Part shown: piece after piece, positions 1-10,022 of the stretch
Layout: each line of letters begins with the position of its first letter
Position numbering within the stretch: position 1 is the first letter of the stretch
Assembly: GCA_041694885.1 (NCBI GenBank)
Contig: JBGFRX010000008.1
Coordinates: 1-61,191, forward strand
Length of the DNA stretch: 61,191 nt
Reading direction: 5' to 3'
Source: Candidatus Micrarchaeota archaeon
Lineage (GTDB): Archaea; Micrarchaeota; Micrarchaeia; Anstonellales; Bilamarchaeaceae
Program-made: the position numbers and the translations under genes
The notes under the pieces: model-generated
Told to the model about the DNA's origin: nothing
What the model saw: only the letters and a program-made list of their open reading frames with translations
Databases searched by the model: none

Positions 1-6
1 AACCGC

Positions 7-705
7 CTAAATTTTCTCCAATACCTTGGTCTCGTTCTGGCCCGCGGTAAGCTTGTTTATCTTATCATAGAATTCGCCCTGCGCTCCTGCGGGGATCTCT
101 ACAACTACAATGAGGGAGCCGTCGTTCGCCCAGTGCTCCTTCTGCATTCCCCACGACTTGAAGGTTCCGTAGGAGCGGTGTGCGTATTCTGGAGGAATCT
201 TCACTGCTATTCTTAATTTCTCGAATTTCAAAGGAATTATCGCTCTTATTTCCTTCAGAATGTCGGAAAGCTGATCGCGCGCGTCTCTGAACGGATCGAT
301 GCGGATTCTCGCCTTTTCGAGTGCCTCCTCTATCCTCGTCTGCGTGTGCGGCGCATTCGTCCTTGGGTCTATCGTCTCCTTCATGAGAATTGCTACTATT
401 TGCCTGTATTTCTCCTCTGTTTTTTTCCTTTTCTGCTCAGTAGTGAGCTGGAGGTTTCCCTTCTTTAGGATCGTCTCGAGTACCTTCATCAAATCTGTGG
501 TGCCAAACGCCTTCTGCACGTCCTGTGATTTCGCCTTCTCGGCTTTCTTCGCGTCCGAGTATATCTCCTCCACAACAAAGATGTTTTTCGTATCCGGCTT
601 CCTACCCTCCTTGTACATGTTGGCCATTTCCGGATCAACATAAACCTCGAACACCTTACCTTCTATCGTAATGTCGGCTATTATTGCCTTGTCGAGAGTA
701 GTCAT
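7..705 (-). CDS. sdo1: Ribosome maturation protein SBDS/Sdo1
   Basis: Typical SBDS motifs (FEVYVDP, LQLTTEQKR, IDPRTNAPH, IEEALEKA, IPLKFE). Start set at the internal ATG (MTTLDKA); the ORF track starts at 729. Confidence 0.95.
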   Translation of the reverse strand: MTTLDKAIIADITIEGKVFEVYVDPEMANMYKEGRKPDTKNIFVVEEIYSDAKKAEKAKSQDVQKAFGTTDLMKVLETILKKGNLQLTTEQKRKKTEEKYRQIVAILMKETIDPRTNAPHTQTRIEEALEKARIRIDPFRDARDQLSDILKEIRAIIPLKFEKLRIAVKIPPEYAHRSYGTFKSWGMQKEHWANDGSLIVVVEIPAGAQGEFYDKINKLTAGQNETKVLEKI

Positions 706-831
706 CCCATCATCCACTCGTTTTTTCACGTATTAGCCCTTTAAATTTTTCCAAACCACCAAAAAACCGGAAGCAGTTATTATTTATAAAATTGCGTGTG
801 TAAATATATCCAAAAAGAGGAGATGTTTTGC

Positions 832-2559
832 ATGATTACAGAAAAGCAGCTTGAGCCATTAAAGCAGGGCATTTATAAGGTGAAGGAGCGGAGGGCAGGC
901 CCGCTCATGGAAAATTACACCTCTGCTTCACTCGAGTATTTTTCCGGCATGCTGATGAACCGTATGTACAAGGTGCGCGAATCCGCGTTTTCAGCAATCG
1001 CGAGGCGGCTTAACAATGGAAGCAATGATATGGAGAGGAGAGCAGCGCTCTTTGCAGTGGAAAATGCGTTTTCAAAAGGAATAGACCCTTCACTTCTGCT
1101 GCCTGTAATAGAAACTCTTATCTCTTCCGGCGACCAGGAAACGAGTAAGGCAGCTGCTTCCTTGCTGCGGAATTACGCGCTCAAAACGTATGGAGTGGAT
1201 ATCACATCGAATTGGAAGGAGCTCGGGAATGCGATTTCCGGAAAATATACGGAGAAGGAAATTCCAGCCGGAGTTCCTGCGTTGTTCCAAAAAACATTCT
1301 GCGAACTTGCTCCGAATTCGCTAAAACCGTTTTTGGAACTGAATGAAAGCGAATTTCTGGAAAGGGTGCAGGAAGGAAGAAAAATAATACGGTTGCAGTT
1401 CCAGGGAAGCGAAGAAGTGATTGTTCCTGAATATAAACCGGTTCTCCAATTGGGATATGTTGCGCTTGGAGAAAATGCCCCGAACGTTTCCATATATGCC
1501 CAAGCGGCAGGGGTGCCTGCGACAATTGGTTGCAAAGCGAATGAAATAGCGCCTCTGGAATATGCTCCGCGAACCTTTTCTGCAGAGGCGATAGGCAAAA
1601 CGCTGGAAAAAACAAGGAAAGGGAGGAAGGTGCTGAGAACGCCTTACGAAAAAGGCAGGGGAATTATATGGATTGGTTGCGGACTGCAACCCTCCCTTCT
1701 TGGTCATTCTCCGTCTGCTGCGAATATCATTCCGGTTGCGAAAGCAGAATACCTTCCGATTTGGGCGGGAAAGAATGTGGAGGCGAATGAGGTTGGGGAA
1801 AGATGCGAACGCGGAATTGGTATGATGCCCCATTATCCACGGCTGCGGCTCGTTTACGATGCGCGTGGAAAAGAAATGGAGGATAAAGGGACGAATACGA
1901 AAATAAAAATGCCATGCAAGTTCAGGGAAATAGGAAAAAAGATTGCGATTGGGATTGCCGCGTGCTTCTTGCTCACATTTTCCATAATTATGGCTACTGC
2001 AAGGCAGACGTCTTCTTCGAAGGCAGAGGACTTCTCGCAGTTCAGTCAAAAGTCTGCGTATTTTGCACGAGTGAAGGCGCCTGAACCTGCTCCTGTTACA
2101 GATGCGAACAAAAATGCTGAAGAGAACCAAAAGGAAACTCAGCGCACAGCAGAGACAAAAGTGCCGACTTATGCTCCAAGGGAATACGTGCAATATGCTG
2201 AAGACAGCGCAAAGCAGCACGGTGTCGACCCTGAGCTCGTAAAGGCGATAATAAAGGCCGAATCGAACTGGGACAGTTCCGCGATTTCAAAAAAGGGCGC
2301 AGAGGGCCTTATGCAGCTCATGCCAAACACTGCAGATGAGCTTGGCGTTGAGAACCCGCGCAAGCCGAAGGAAAGCATAGACGGGGGGACGAGATACATG
2401 CGCAAGTTGCTGGACCGTTTTGACGACGACGTGGAACTTGCGCTTGTTGCCTACAATTGGGGGCTGGAAAATGCAAAGAAATATGCGAAAGGTGAAACCG
2501 GGCTTCCGGCCGAAACGAAACAATATCTGGGAAAAATCAGGAAGGATTACGATTTTTAG
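832..2559 (+). CDS. Membrane-anchored protein with C-terminal lytic transglycosylase (SLT) domain
   Basis: C-terminal AIIKAESNW..AISKKGAEGLMQLMP..GGTRYM..ALVAYNWG is the SLT signature. It is preceded by one hydrophobic segment (IAIGIAACFLLTFSIIMATA). The long N-terminal region is unassigned. Start uncertain (796/823/832). Confidence 0.85.
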   Translation: MITEKQLEPLKQGIYKVKERRAGPLMENYTSASLEYFSGMLMNRMYKVRESAFSAIARRLNNGSNDMERRAALFAVENAFSKGIDPSLLLPVIETLISSGDQETSKAAASLLRNYALKTYGVDITSNWKELGNAISGKYTEKEIPAGVPALFQKTFCELAPNSLKPFLELNESEFLERVQEGRKIIRLQFQGSEEVIVPEYKPVLQLGYVALGENAPNVSIYAQAAGVPATIGCKANEIAPLEYAPRTFSAEAIGKTLEKTRKGRKVLRTPYEKGRGIIWIGCGLQPSLLGHSPSAANIIPVAKAEYLPIWAGKNVEANEVGERCERGIGMMPHYPRLRLVYDARGKEMEDKGTNTKIKMPCKFREIGKKIAIGIAACFLLTFSIIMATARQTSSSKAEDFSQFSQKSAYFARVKAPEPAPVTDANKNAEENQKETQRTAETKVPTYAPREYVQYAEDSAKQHGVDPELVKAIIKAESNWDSSAISKKGAEGLMQLMPNTADELGVENPRKPKESIDGGTRYMRKLLDRFDDDVELALVAYNWGLENAKKYAKGETGLPAETKQYLGKIRKDYDF

Positions 2560-2609
2560 CCTGGAAATTGGGTTTAAAAACATTTGTTAGTATTATCTTC
2601 TAATTTAAT

Positions 2610-2650
2610 CCGCCAGGACTACTCATCGCGAACGCGAACAGAGTAGGAGG
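2610..2650 (+). promoter_or_regulatory. Putative L1-binding autoregulatory hairpin in the rpl1 leader
   Basis: CC-GCCAGGA-CUACUC...GAGUAG-GA-GG: a 6-bp stem plus asymmetric loop that contains the GGAGG SD just upstream of the rpl1 ATG. Confidence 0.55.
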
Positions 2651-2660
2651 AACGATTTAT

Positions 2661-3293
2661 ATGGACAAAAAAAAGATATCAGATGCACTGGGCAAGGCGC
2701 TCGAAGACAAGGGAAAGAGGAAATTCAGGCAGAGTGTCGAATTAATATTCAACTTCAGGAGCGTTGATTTCTCGAAAACGGAGAATCGCCTCAATTTGGA
2801 CATAGTGCTACCGAAAGGAAAGGGAGAGAAGGCGCCGAAGATTGCGGTAGTGGGCGATGAAGGGATTGCGAATGAGGCGAAAAAGGCGGGAGCTGACCTC
2901 ATAATTCTTCCTGCGGAAATTCCGGCGTACGCTGTGAAGGAGAAGCTTTCGATGCTTGCGAAAGACTATTCTCTGCTCGCACAGCCCAACCAGATGGCTA
3001 CGATAGCCAAAAATCTCGGGCAGTATCTTGGTCCGAGGGGAAAGCTCCCTAAACCCATTGTAGAGAATGTACGCGAGGCAGTTGAAAAGGCAAAGAAAAG
3101 CGTACGCATAGCATCCAAGGGAAAATACCTCCCCACTGCGCAGGCGTTCATAGGAACAGAGGACATGTCCCAGGAGGACCTTGTGGAAAACGCGGAAGCG
3201 GTCTACGAGGCTGTGAAGGTGAAAATCCCGGAAGGAAACATAAAGTCGCTGTACACTAAAACGACTATGGGTAAGGCGATAAAAATCGGATGA
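2661..3293 (+). CDS. rpl1: 50S ribosomal protein L1 (uL1)
   Basis: RKFRQSVELIFN, LGPRGKLP and TTMGKAIKI motifs; first gene of the L1-P0-L12 cluster. Confidence 0.96.
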   Translation: MDKKKISDALGKALEDKGKRKFRQSVELIFNFRSVDFSKTENRLNLDIVLPKGKGEKAPKIAVVGDEGIANEAKKAGADLIILPAEIPAYAVKEKLSMLAKDYSLLAQPNQMATIAKNLGQYLGPRGKLPKPIVENVREAVEKAKKSVRIASKGKYLPTAQAFIGTEDMSQEDLVENAEAVYEAVKVKIPEGNIKSLYTKTTMGKAIKIG

Positions 3294-4115
3294 GTGATGA
3301 TTATGAAAGCGAATGAAACGAAAGGTTCTGGAACCAGAATGAAAAAAGGGAAGGAAAGGGCTGCGATTGCAAGGAAAAAGCAGGAGGTGAGCGAACTCTC
3401 CGCGAAGATAAGGGAATACTCCACTGTTGCGCTCCTCAACCTCCACAACCTCCCTGACAACCTGCTCCAGGCATCGAAGAAGCGGCTTAGGGAGGCGGAT
3501 GGAACTTTTGTAAAGGTGTCCAAGTTAACTGTGCTCAGGAAAGTGCTGGAGAATGCAGGGCTCAGTGTGCAAGCAGGAAAGATAACGAACCCTTCTGCGT
3601 TGCTGCTCACGAATCAGAGCCCCTATGCGCTCACTTCATTTTTCATGAAGAACAGGAAGAAAGTCGCTGCCAAGGCAGGGCATGCAGCACCGTTCGAGAT
3701 AATGGTGCCTGCAGGAGACACTGACCTTCCTCCGGGGCCTGCGCTTTCCGAGCTGAAGAACGCGGGGTTCAATGTAATGATAAAAGCGGGAAAGATAGCG
3801 ATAAACAAGGATTCCATAGTGGTGAAGGAGGGCGAGACTATAACTGCCGGAAAAGCAAAGGCACTTCAGATGCTCGGAATACTTCCATTCGAAGTTGGAG
3901 CAAAGATGGTTTTCGCATACGACGGCAAATACACATATGGGCCGGAGCTACTCTCTTTTGACGACGAAAAGTTCAGGCAGGAGCTCGCACAGTCCGCGAG
4001 GGATGCGATGAACGTTTCAATAAATGCCAGCTATTACTCTTCCAGCTCGATATGGCAGCTTCTCACCTCTGCGATAAGGCAGGGGATGGCCATATCAGGC
4101 TTGAACAGGCAATGA
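3294..4115 (+). CDS. rplP0: 50S ribosomal protein L10/P0 (uL10)
   Basis: VPAGDTDLPPGPALSELK, GKIAINKDSIVVKEGE; position between rpl1 and rpl12. No acidic C-terminal tail. Confidence 0.95.
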   Translation: MMIMKANETKGSGTRMKKGKERAAIARKKQEVSELSAKIREYSTVALLNLHNLPDNLLQASKKRLREADGTFVKVSKLTVLRKVLENAGLSVQAGKITNPSALLLTNQSPYALTSFFMKNRKKVAAKAGHAAPFEIMVPAGDTDLPPGPALSELKNAGFNVMIKAGKIAINKDSIVVKEGETITAGKAKALQMLGILPFEVGAKMVFAYDGKYTYGPELLSFDDEKFRQELAQSARDAMNVSINASYYSSSSIWQLLTSAIRQGMAISGLNRQ

Positions 4116-4150
4116 AACTGGGACAGAAAACCACAATATACGGTGATGAA

Positions 4151-4453
4151 ATGACGAAAGTGGATCCATATTTGCATGCGGTGCTGCTCCTCCATGGAGC
4201 AGGAAAAGAAGTGAGCGAGGACTCTATCGTCTTAGTGCTCAAATCAGTAGGCGCTGAGGCGGACGGAGCGAAGGCGAAAATGCTTGCAGAGGCAGTGAAG
4301 GGAGTGAACTTCGAGGACCTCCTCAAGAACGCCATGGCTGCTGCACCTGCGGCAGGGGCTCCTGCAGAGGCAAAGAAAGAGGAGAAGAAAGAGGAGGACA
4401 TTGTGAAGAAAGAGGAGCAGGCTGCGGAAGGCCTTGCGAATCTCTTCGGTTAG
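4151..4453 (+). CDS. rpl12: 50S ribosomal protein L12 (P1/P2)
   Basis: YLHAVLLLH..GKE, Ala-rich hinge, acidic tail ending EGLANLFG; GGTGA SD before ATG 4151. Confidence 0.95.
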   Translation: MTKVDPYLHAVLLLHGAGKEVSEDSIVLVLKSVGAEADGAKAKMLAEAVKGVNFEDLLKNAMAAAPAAGAPAEAKKEEKKEEDIVKKEEQAAEGLANLFG

Positions 4454-4501
4454 TTTTTCTTTTTTCCTTTATTCTATTATTTAAAAGTCATTGCGAATCG
4501 G

Positions 4502-5656
4502 CTAAGCGCGGATGAGCAGCGCGAATGTCGGAACTATTATTGCCGCCATCATTATCGTCCTTTCTACATTCAGCCGTATGGTGATATAGCCAATAAGCGA
4601 AGCAATGACGAAGACTACGACTCCTGCGAAGTCGTTGAGAAGGAAAACGATTAGGAGAAGGTAGGCGGCAAGCACCTTGTTGAATTCGGAAAAGTCGATT
4701 TTCGCGAGTAGGGAAATTTTTTTTCTGAAGAAATAGACCATGAGCCCGGAAATCCCTATTCCGAGAAGGAAATAGAGCAGGAGCGCCTGCATGTTCGCCC
4801 CTATGTCCAGCACCTGGCCCAAGTTCACTATCACTCCATGTCTCGCCTTTTCTATGCTCGCGCTGCTCGCGAAAGCGAAAATGAACTGGCCCACGTTTAT
4901 CGCAGCTATTGTCGCGAGGTAATTCTTGCTCTCAAACGCGATGAATATTGAGACGAGTGCAGCGACCTGTCCAGCAGAGCTTATTGCAGGAATGAGGTTC
5001 GCAAGCCCTCCAAGAAGCGTTCCGAGAAGGGCGTATTTCAAAATTTCGAAATCCGGATTCATCTCCCTCTGCTTCAGAATATCCGATTTCCTGTAATGGA
5101 GTATCGCGCCCATCGCGAAGAAGCCGGAGAATAGGGGGAGAAAAACGTCCGGCATGTCCACGTTCAGCGCAAAAATTCCGAGAACACCGGCAAGAAGGAA
5201 AATCAATGCGGAGCGCAGCGGATTTATGGTTCTCAGCACGAGGAGCGCTGAGGCGAGGATAAGAAGATGGGCGAGCCAGGGCCTGATGGAAGAATAAGCA
5301 AACGGATAGAACCACATTGCGAAAGGAATGAGAAACACGGCGACAACCGATGCGACGAGCGCGGAGACGACCATTGTCTTCAGCGCAAGTATACCTTCGC
5401 CTTCCCTGACCATCCGTTGCCCGGGAAGAACGGAAACCGTTGTCCTTTCGTCAGGTATCCCAAAAAAAATCGAAGGGATGTAGGAAAAGACGGTGTGGCC
5501 CGCATAGATGGAAACGAGCAGCACCGCTTTTTTTTCGTATCCGATGTCCTGGAGAATCATGATCGCTGAAATCATGTTCGGGTGTATGCCTGGAATGAGG
5601 CCACTCAGCGCACCTATGCATACCCCCAGGACGAAGAACAGGATGAGATCAAACAT
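4502..5656 (-). CDS. TctA/DUF112-family integral membrane protein (tripartite tricarboxylate transporter permease-like)
   Basis: GALSGLIPGIHPN, IPSIFFGIPD, VLPGQRMV..GEG motifs; many TM segments. Confidence 0.85.
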   Translation of the reverse strand: MFDLILFFVLGVCIGALSGLIPGIHPNMISAIMILQDIGYEKKAVLLVSIYAGHTVFSYIPSIFFGIPDERTTVSVLPGQRMVREGEGILALKTMVVSALVASVVAVFLIPFAMWFYPFAYSSIRPWLAHLLILASALLVLRTINPLRSALIFLLAGVLGIFALNVDMPDVFLPLFSGFFAMGAILHYRKSDILKQREMNPDFEILKYALLGTLLGGLANLIPAISSAGQVAALVSIFIAFESKNYLATIAAINVGQFIFAFASSASIEKARHGVIVNLGQVLDIGANMQALLLYFLLGIGISGLMVYFFRKKISLLAKIDFSEFNKVLAAYLLLIVFLLNDFAGVVVFVIASLIGYITIRLNVERTIMMAAIIVPTFALLIRA

Positions 5657-5749
5657 AAATGTGAATGATTCGACTTAGGTACATCTTAAGTAAGGAGGTT
5701 TTAAATCGTTTATTCGATAGTAAGTAACACTGCTTATCAGGTGGTTTTC

Positions 5750-8701
5750 ATGAAAATGAAACAGGTAAGTGAAGCAATCTGGGAAATAGAAAAAGAGGGG
5801 ACGATGAAGGTTCCTGCATGGATATTCGGGACGCAGAAAGTGATGGAAAAGATGAAGAGAGACAGGACGCTCATGCAGCTGCAAAACGTGGCCTCGCTGG
5901 AAGGGATAGTGGAGCGCGCGATGGTGATGCCGGATGGGCATGAAGGATATGGATTTCCAATAGGGGGGGTTGCGGCTTTTGATGCTGAAGAGGGGATTGT
6001 TTCGCCCGGCGGAATTGGTTATGACATCAACTGCACCGACGGTGAAACAAAAGTATTGCTTGAACATGGTGCATACGTAAAAATAAAAGAAATGGAAAAT
6101 GATGTTGGCGCAAGCCGCACGAAATTTGCCGACTTAAATGATTTTTCATTATCTAATGCAAATGTAATGCTTTTCATGAAGCGCCCTGAAAAGCAATGCA
6201 TTTACGAGATAACGACAAAAACCGGAAAATTGCTGCGAGTTACAGGCGACCACCCCGTTTATTCGAAAGCCGGCATGATAAAAACAGAAAAAATCAGCGT
6301 TGGCGATTCCATAGCCGTCTCAGCATATGAAGGCGTCCAATACAGGAAACCGGATGACGAGGTTATCCTGGATGAAACAACTATGGGGAATGCCATCATG
6401 TCGAAGAGAAAATCTGCGGGCGGCAATGCGTTGCCCCAAATATTGAATGATCTCAGGAAGCGCGTTTTCTTCCCCCTCAGGTATTCCAGCGTCCAGCTGC
6501 CCTACTTAGCAAAAATTCTGGGTTACGTCTTCGGAGATGGTTCTATTTCGTTCATAAAAGGCAAAAAAGGCATCGTATGGTTCTATGGCAGGGAAAACGA
6601 CCTTGAAAAGATACGCGCCGATATAGAAAAAACCGGGTTCAAACCTTCTAAAATTTACAAACGCCTGCGGGCCCATAAGGTCGCAACCCACTATAAAAAT
6701 TATGAGTTTATGCACGTAGAATGCAGCTTTAATGTAAAGTCATCAGCATTTGCGCATCTTCTTGTTGCTCTCGGGGCTCCATCAGGCCTCAAGACGACCC
6801 AGAAATATGGATTGCCACAATGGTTGTTCAAGGCGCCATTGTGGATAAAACGATTATTTCTGGCAGCTTTCTTCGGCGCCGAGTTGTCAGCGCCAGCCAC
6901 GCCCAACAAATACAATTTTTATTCTCCGGCCCTCGGAATGAACAAACTTGAGGTGCTGGAGCCTAATGCAGTTGCTTTCCTGGAGCAGATCAAACGGCTT
7001 CTGAAAGAGTTTGATATCGCGACGGGCCCAATCGCAAAGGTCACAGGCTATGGATTAAATGGAAAAAATGGAACGACTTGCGGTTATAGAATCCAAATAT
7101 CGTCAAACCCTGAGAATCTCCTGAAGTTCTTTGAAAATGTCTCGTATGAGTATCATTCGGAAAAGTTCCGGAATGCATGCCTGGCAGCTAACTATATCCG
7201 GCTGAAAGAAAGGGTGAACGCAGAACGTGCGCGTGTTCGCGAATTAGCGGTTGCGATGTATTCTGATGGAAAAAGCGCCAGCGAAATAAGGTTCGAACCT
7301 GAAGGCATTCATACTTCTGCGCAGCTCATAAAACACTCTCTTTGGTCAGATTTCAGGGAAACTCCGAGGGTTGCATTTAATTTCATGTCGTTTGCAGAAT
7401 ACCGGGACAAATTCGCATTAGGGAACGGAGGACTCGCTTGGGACGAAGTTGAAGATGTACACCAGGTACCTTTTGACGATTTCGTTTATGACATCACGAT
7501 TGAAGATAACAATCACAACTTCATCGCGAACGGAATCGTGGTTTCAAATTGCGGCGTCCGCCTCGTTCGCACCGGTCTGACTGTCGAGCAGGTCAAGCCA
7601 AAAATAAAGCAACTGGCGGACAAATTGTTCGTGAATGTTCCTTCAGGAGTAGGTAGCGAGGGCAAATTACGGCTTTCGCACGAGGAACTGGACAAGGTAG
7701 CGCGCGAAGGAACGGAATGGGCCATTGAAAAGAGCTACGGGTGGAAGGAAGATCTCGAAAGAACGGAAGAATATGGAAGGATGGAAGGCGCAGATCCCTC
7801 GAAAGTGACTCCTACTGCAAAAGCCAGAGGGAAATCCCAACTCGGGACTTTAGGAGCAGGAAATCACTTTTTGGAAATACAGAAAATGGAGAAAGTGATG
7901 CACGAAAGCGCTGCGAAGGCGTTCGGGCTCGTGGAAAATGAAGTAGTGGTGATGATACACTGTGGCTCCCGCGGCTATGGGCACCAGATTTGCACGGATA
8001 ATCTGGGCACGATGCTCAACCTTGCGAACAAGATGAATTTGTGGCTTCCGGACAGGGAACTCGTTTATTCGCCGATAAAGACCCAGGAGGCGCAGAATTA
8101 CCTCGCAGGGATGAAGTGCGCCGTGAACTTCGCGTTTGCGAACAGGCAGATGATAATGCACTGGGTGAGGCAAACGTTCGATGAAGTGATGGGTAAAGGC
8201 ACGAGCGACAACATGCATCTGGTTTATGATGTTGCGCACAACATTGCAAAGGTGGAGGAGCACGAGGTTGAGGGAAAAAGAAGGAAACTGATGGTGCACA
8301 GAAAGGGGGCGACGCGCGCATTTCCTGCTGGAAGGCCTGAGCTTCCGCCAATATATAGAAACATTGGTCAGCCGGTAATAATTCCGGGTTCGATGGGAAC
8401 CGCGAGTTACGTACTTGTGGGAAATCCGAAAGGGCTCAAGGTCGCGTGGGGGACCACATGCCACGGCTCTGGAAGAGTAATGAGCAGGGGGGAGGCGATA
8501 AGGACGCACGACCCGAACAAAATCGTCAAGGAACTCGCGGACAAGGAAGGGATTTACATACGCGCTACTGACAAGAAAGTGATTTCAGAAGAGGCGCCGG
8601 ACGCGTACAAGAACGTTGATGACGTGGTACAGAGCATCGCGCTTGCGGGTATTTCGGATATTGTCGCGAGGATGAAGCCGTTGGCAGTTGTGAAGGGTTA
8701 G
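5750..8701 (+). CDS. rtcB: RNA-splicing ligase RtcB, intein-containing
   Basis: MPDGHEGYGFPIGGV, GYDIN/CGVR, LGTLGAGNHFLE, HCGSRG, HRKGATRAF, IIPGSMG, TCHGSGR. About 480 aa after intein removal. Confidence 0.97.
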   Translation: MKMKQVSEAIWEIEKEGTMKVPAWIFGTQKVMEKMKRDRTLMQLQNVASLEGIVERAMVMPDGHEGYGFPIGGVAAFDAEEGIVSPGGIGYDINCTDGETKVLLEHGAYVKIKEMENDVGASRTKFADLNDFSLSNANVMLFMKRPEKQCIYEITTKTGKLLRVTGDHPVYSKAGMIKTEKISVGDSIAVSAYEGVQYRKPDDEVILDETTMGNAIMSKRKSAGGNALPQILNDLRKRVFFPLRYSSVQLPYLAKILGYVFGDGSISFIKGKKGIVWFYGRENDLEKIRADIEKTGFKPSKIYKRLRAHKVATHYKNYEFMHVECSFNVKSSAFAHLLVALGAPSGLKTTQKYGLPQWLFKAPLWIKRLFLAAFFGAELSAPATPNKYNFYSPALGMNKLEVLEPNAVAFLEQIKRLLKEFDIATGPIAKVTGYGLNGKNGTTCGYRIQISSNPENLLKFFENVSYEYHSEKFRNACLAANYIRLKERVNAERARVRELAVAMYSDGKSASEIRFEPEGIHTSAQLIKHSLWSDFRETPRVAFNFMSFAEYRDKFALGNGGLAWDEVEDVHQVPFDDFVYDITIEDNNHNFIANGIVVSNCGVRLVRTGLTVEQVKPKIKQLADKLFVNVPSGVGSEGKLRLSHEELDKVAREGTEWAIEKSYGWKEDLERTEEYGRMEGADPSKVTPTAKARGKSQLGTLGAGNHFLEIQKMEKVMHESAAKAFGLVENEVVVMIHCGSRGYGHQICTDNLGTMLNLANKMNLWLPDRELVYSPIKTQEAQNYLAGMKCAVNFAFANRQMIMHWVRQTFDEVMGKGTSDNMHLVYDVAHNIAKVEEHEVEGKRRKLMVHRKGATRAFPAGRPELPPIYRNIGQPVIIPGSMGTASYVLVGNPKGLKVAWGTTCHGSGRVMSRGEAIRTHDPNKIVKELADKEGIYIRATDKKVISEEAPDAYKNVDDVVQSIALAGISDIVARMKPLAVVKG
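6032..7549 (+). mobile_element. RtcB intein (506 aa) with LAGLIDADG-type domain
   Basis: Interrupts DIN|CGVR. Starts CTDGET, ends NFIANGIVVSN, +1 Cys. Endonuclease blocks LGYVFGDGS and a degenerate FLAAFFGAELS. Confidence 0.95.
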
Positions 8702-8732
8702 TTTTTATTTTTTCTTCTTCAAGCATAAATGC

Positions 8733-10004
8733 ATGAACGAGTACTGGTCCTCCCGCCTCATGTTCATCCTTGCAGCGATCGGCTCGGCTGTGGGGCTGGG
8801 GAACATATGGAGATTCTCCTACATGGCAGGGGAGTACGGCGGTGGCTCTTTCATAATTTTGTATATCCTGTCCGTGTTTTTGATCGGCCTTCCGATAATG
8901 GTTCTTGAGTTCACTGCAGGAAGGCATTTCGCAGCCCCGCTTTCCAGGGTCTTCGAAAAAATAGGAAAGAAATTCCATTACGCATCAATAATCCCGCACG
9001 CGCTTAACTTCATAGTCCTTTCCTACTACGTAGTGGTGACCAGCTGGACGCTCGCTTATTTATTCTCTTCGCTCACCGGCTTCTACAAACCGCTTGGAGA
9101 GTTCTCCCAGATGCCAATGTTTGTCATCTTCGCCCCTCTCACGCTCATCGCAATATACCTGATAACTCGCTCCAACCTGAGGGAAGGGATAGAGAAAACG
9201 AACAAAGTCCTGATGCCGCTCTTTTTCGCAATACTTGCTTTTCTTGTGGCCAACTCCCTTTCCCTACCCGGACTTGAAGATGCGATTTTCTTCTATACGT
9301 ACTTCGGCAATGTTACGATTGAGACGATGGTAGCGGCTGTAACCCAGGCGCTGTTTTCGCTCAGCGTTGGGGCAGGGATAATGCTCACTTACGCATCCTA
9401 CCTCAGAAAAAAGGAGAATATCGCATCTTCTGCAGCAATCGTATCATTCATGGACACAATGGTCGCTTTGTTCGCGGGAATCGCATTGTTTCCAATCGTC
9501 TTCACCTACGGTCTTAATCCTGCAGGAGGTGCGGCGCTCGCGTTTGACACCCTTCCCTTGGCTTTCATGCAGATGCCTTTCGGAAATCTGCTTATGCCGC
9601 TCTTCTTCCTGCTGCTTTTCTCAGTTGCAATTACTTCAGCGATAAGCATGGCTGAGATGATAGTCGCGGACATTTCAGCAAGAATCGGGAGAAAAAAAGC
9701 GGCGTTTTGTGTTGCCGCGTTTGTTGCGCTCGCAGCTTTGCCTTCGTGGCTCAGCTATTCTTTTCTTAATTTGAAAATCGCGGAAATGCCGGTTTTGGAT
9801 TATCTGGATGGGACAATTGTGGTGACAGCCGCGCCTGCGGTTGCACTTATCATGGTCCTCGTCCTTGGATGGGGCTGGAAAAATTTCGAAGGGGAATCGG
9901 TAAAGGTGATCCCGGGAATTTTGCTGAAACCATATATCATTTTGATAAAATTCGTCATCCCGCTGGTCCTGCTCGCGCTTTCACTGGTGAAAATACTGTC
10001 GTGA
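8733..10004 (+). CDS. Sodium-dependent transporter (NSS/SNF family)
   Basis: SRLMFILAAIGSAVGLGNIWRFSY..GGGSF, QALFSLSVGAG, GGAALAF motifs. Confidence 0.95.
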   Translation: MNEYWSSRLMFILAAIGSAVGLGNIWRFSYMAGEYGGGSFIILYILSVFLIGLPIMVLEFTAGRHFAAPLSRVFEKIGKKFHYASIIPHALNFIVLSYYVVVTSWTLAYLFSSLTGFYKPLGEFSQMPMFVIFAPLTLIAIYLITRSNLREGIEKTNKVLMPLFFAILAFLVANSLSLPGLEDAIFFYTYFGNVTIETMVAAVTQALFSLSVGAGIMLTYASYLRKKENIASSAAIVSFMDTMVALFAGIALFPIVFTYGLNPAGGAALAFDTLPLAFMQMPFGNLLMPLFFLLLFSVAITSAISMAEMIVADISARIGRKKAAFCVAAFVALAALPSWLSYSFLNLKIAEMPVLDYLDGTIVVTAAPAVALIMVLVLGWGWKNFEGESVKVIPGILLKPYIILIKFVIPLVLLALSLVKILS

Positions 10005-10022
10005 AGTACAAAAAAGTTATAA

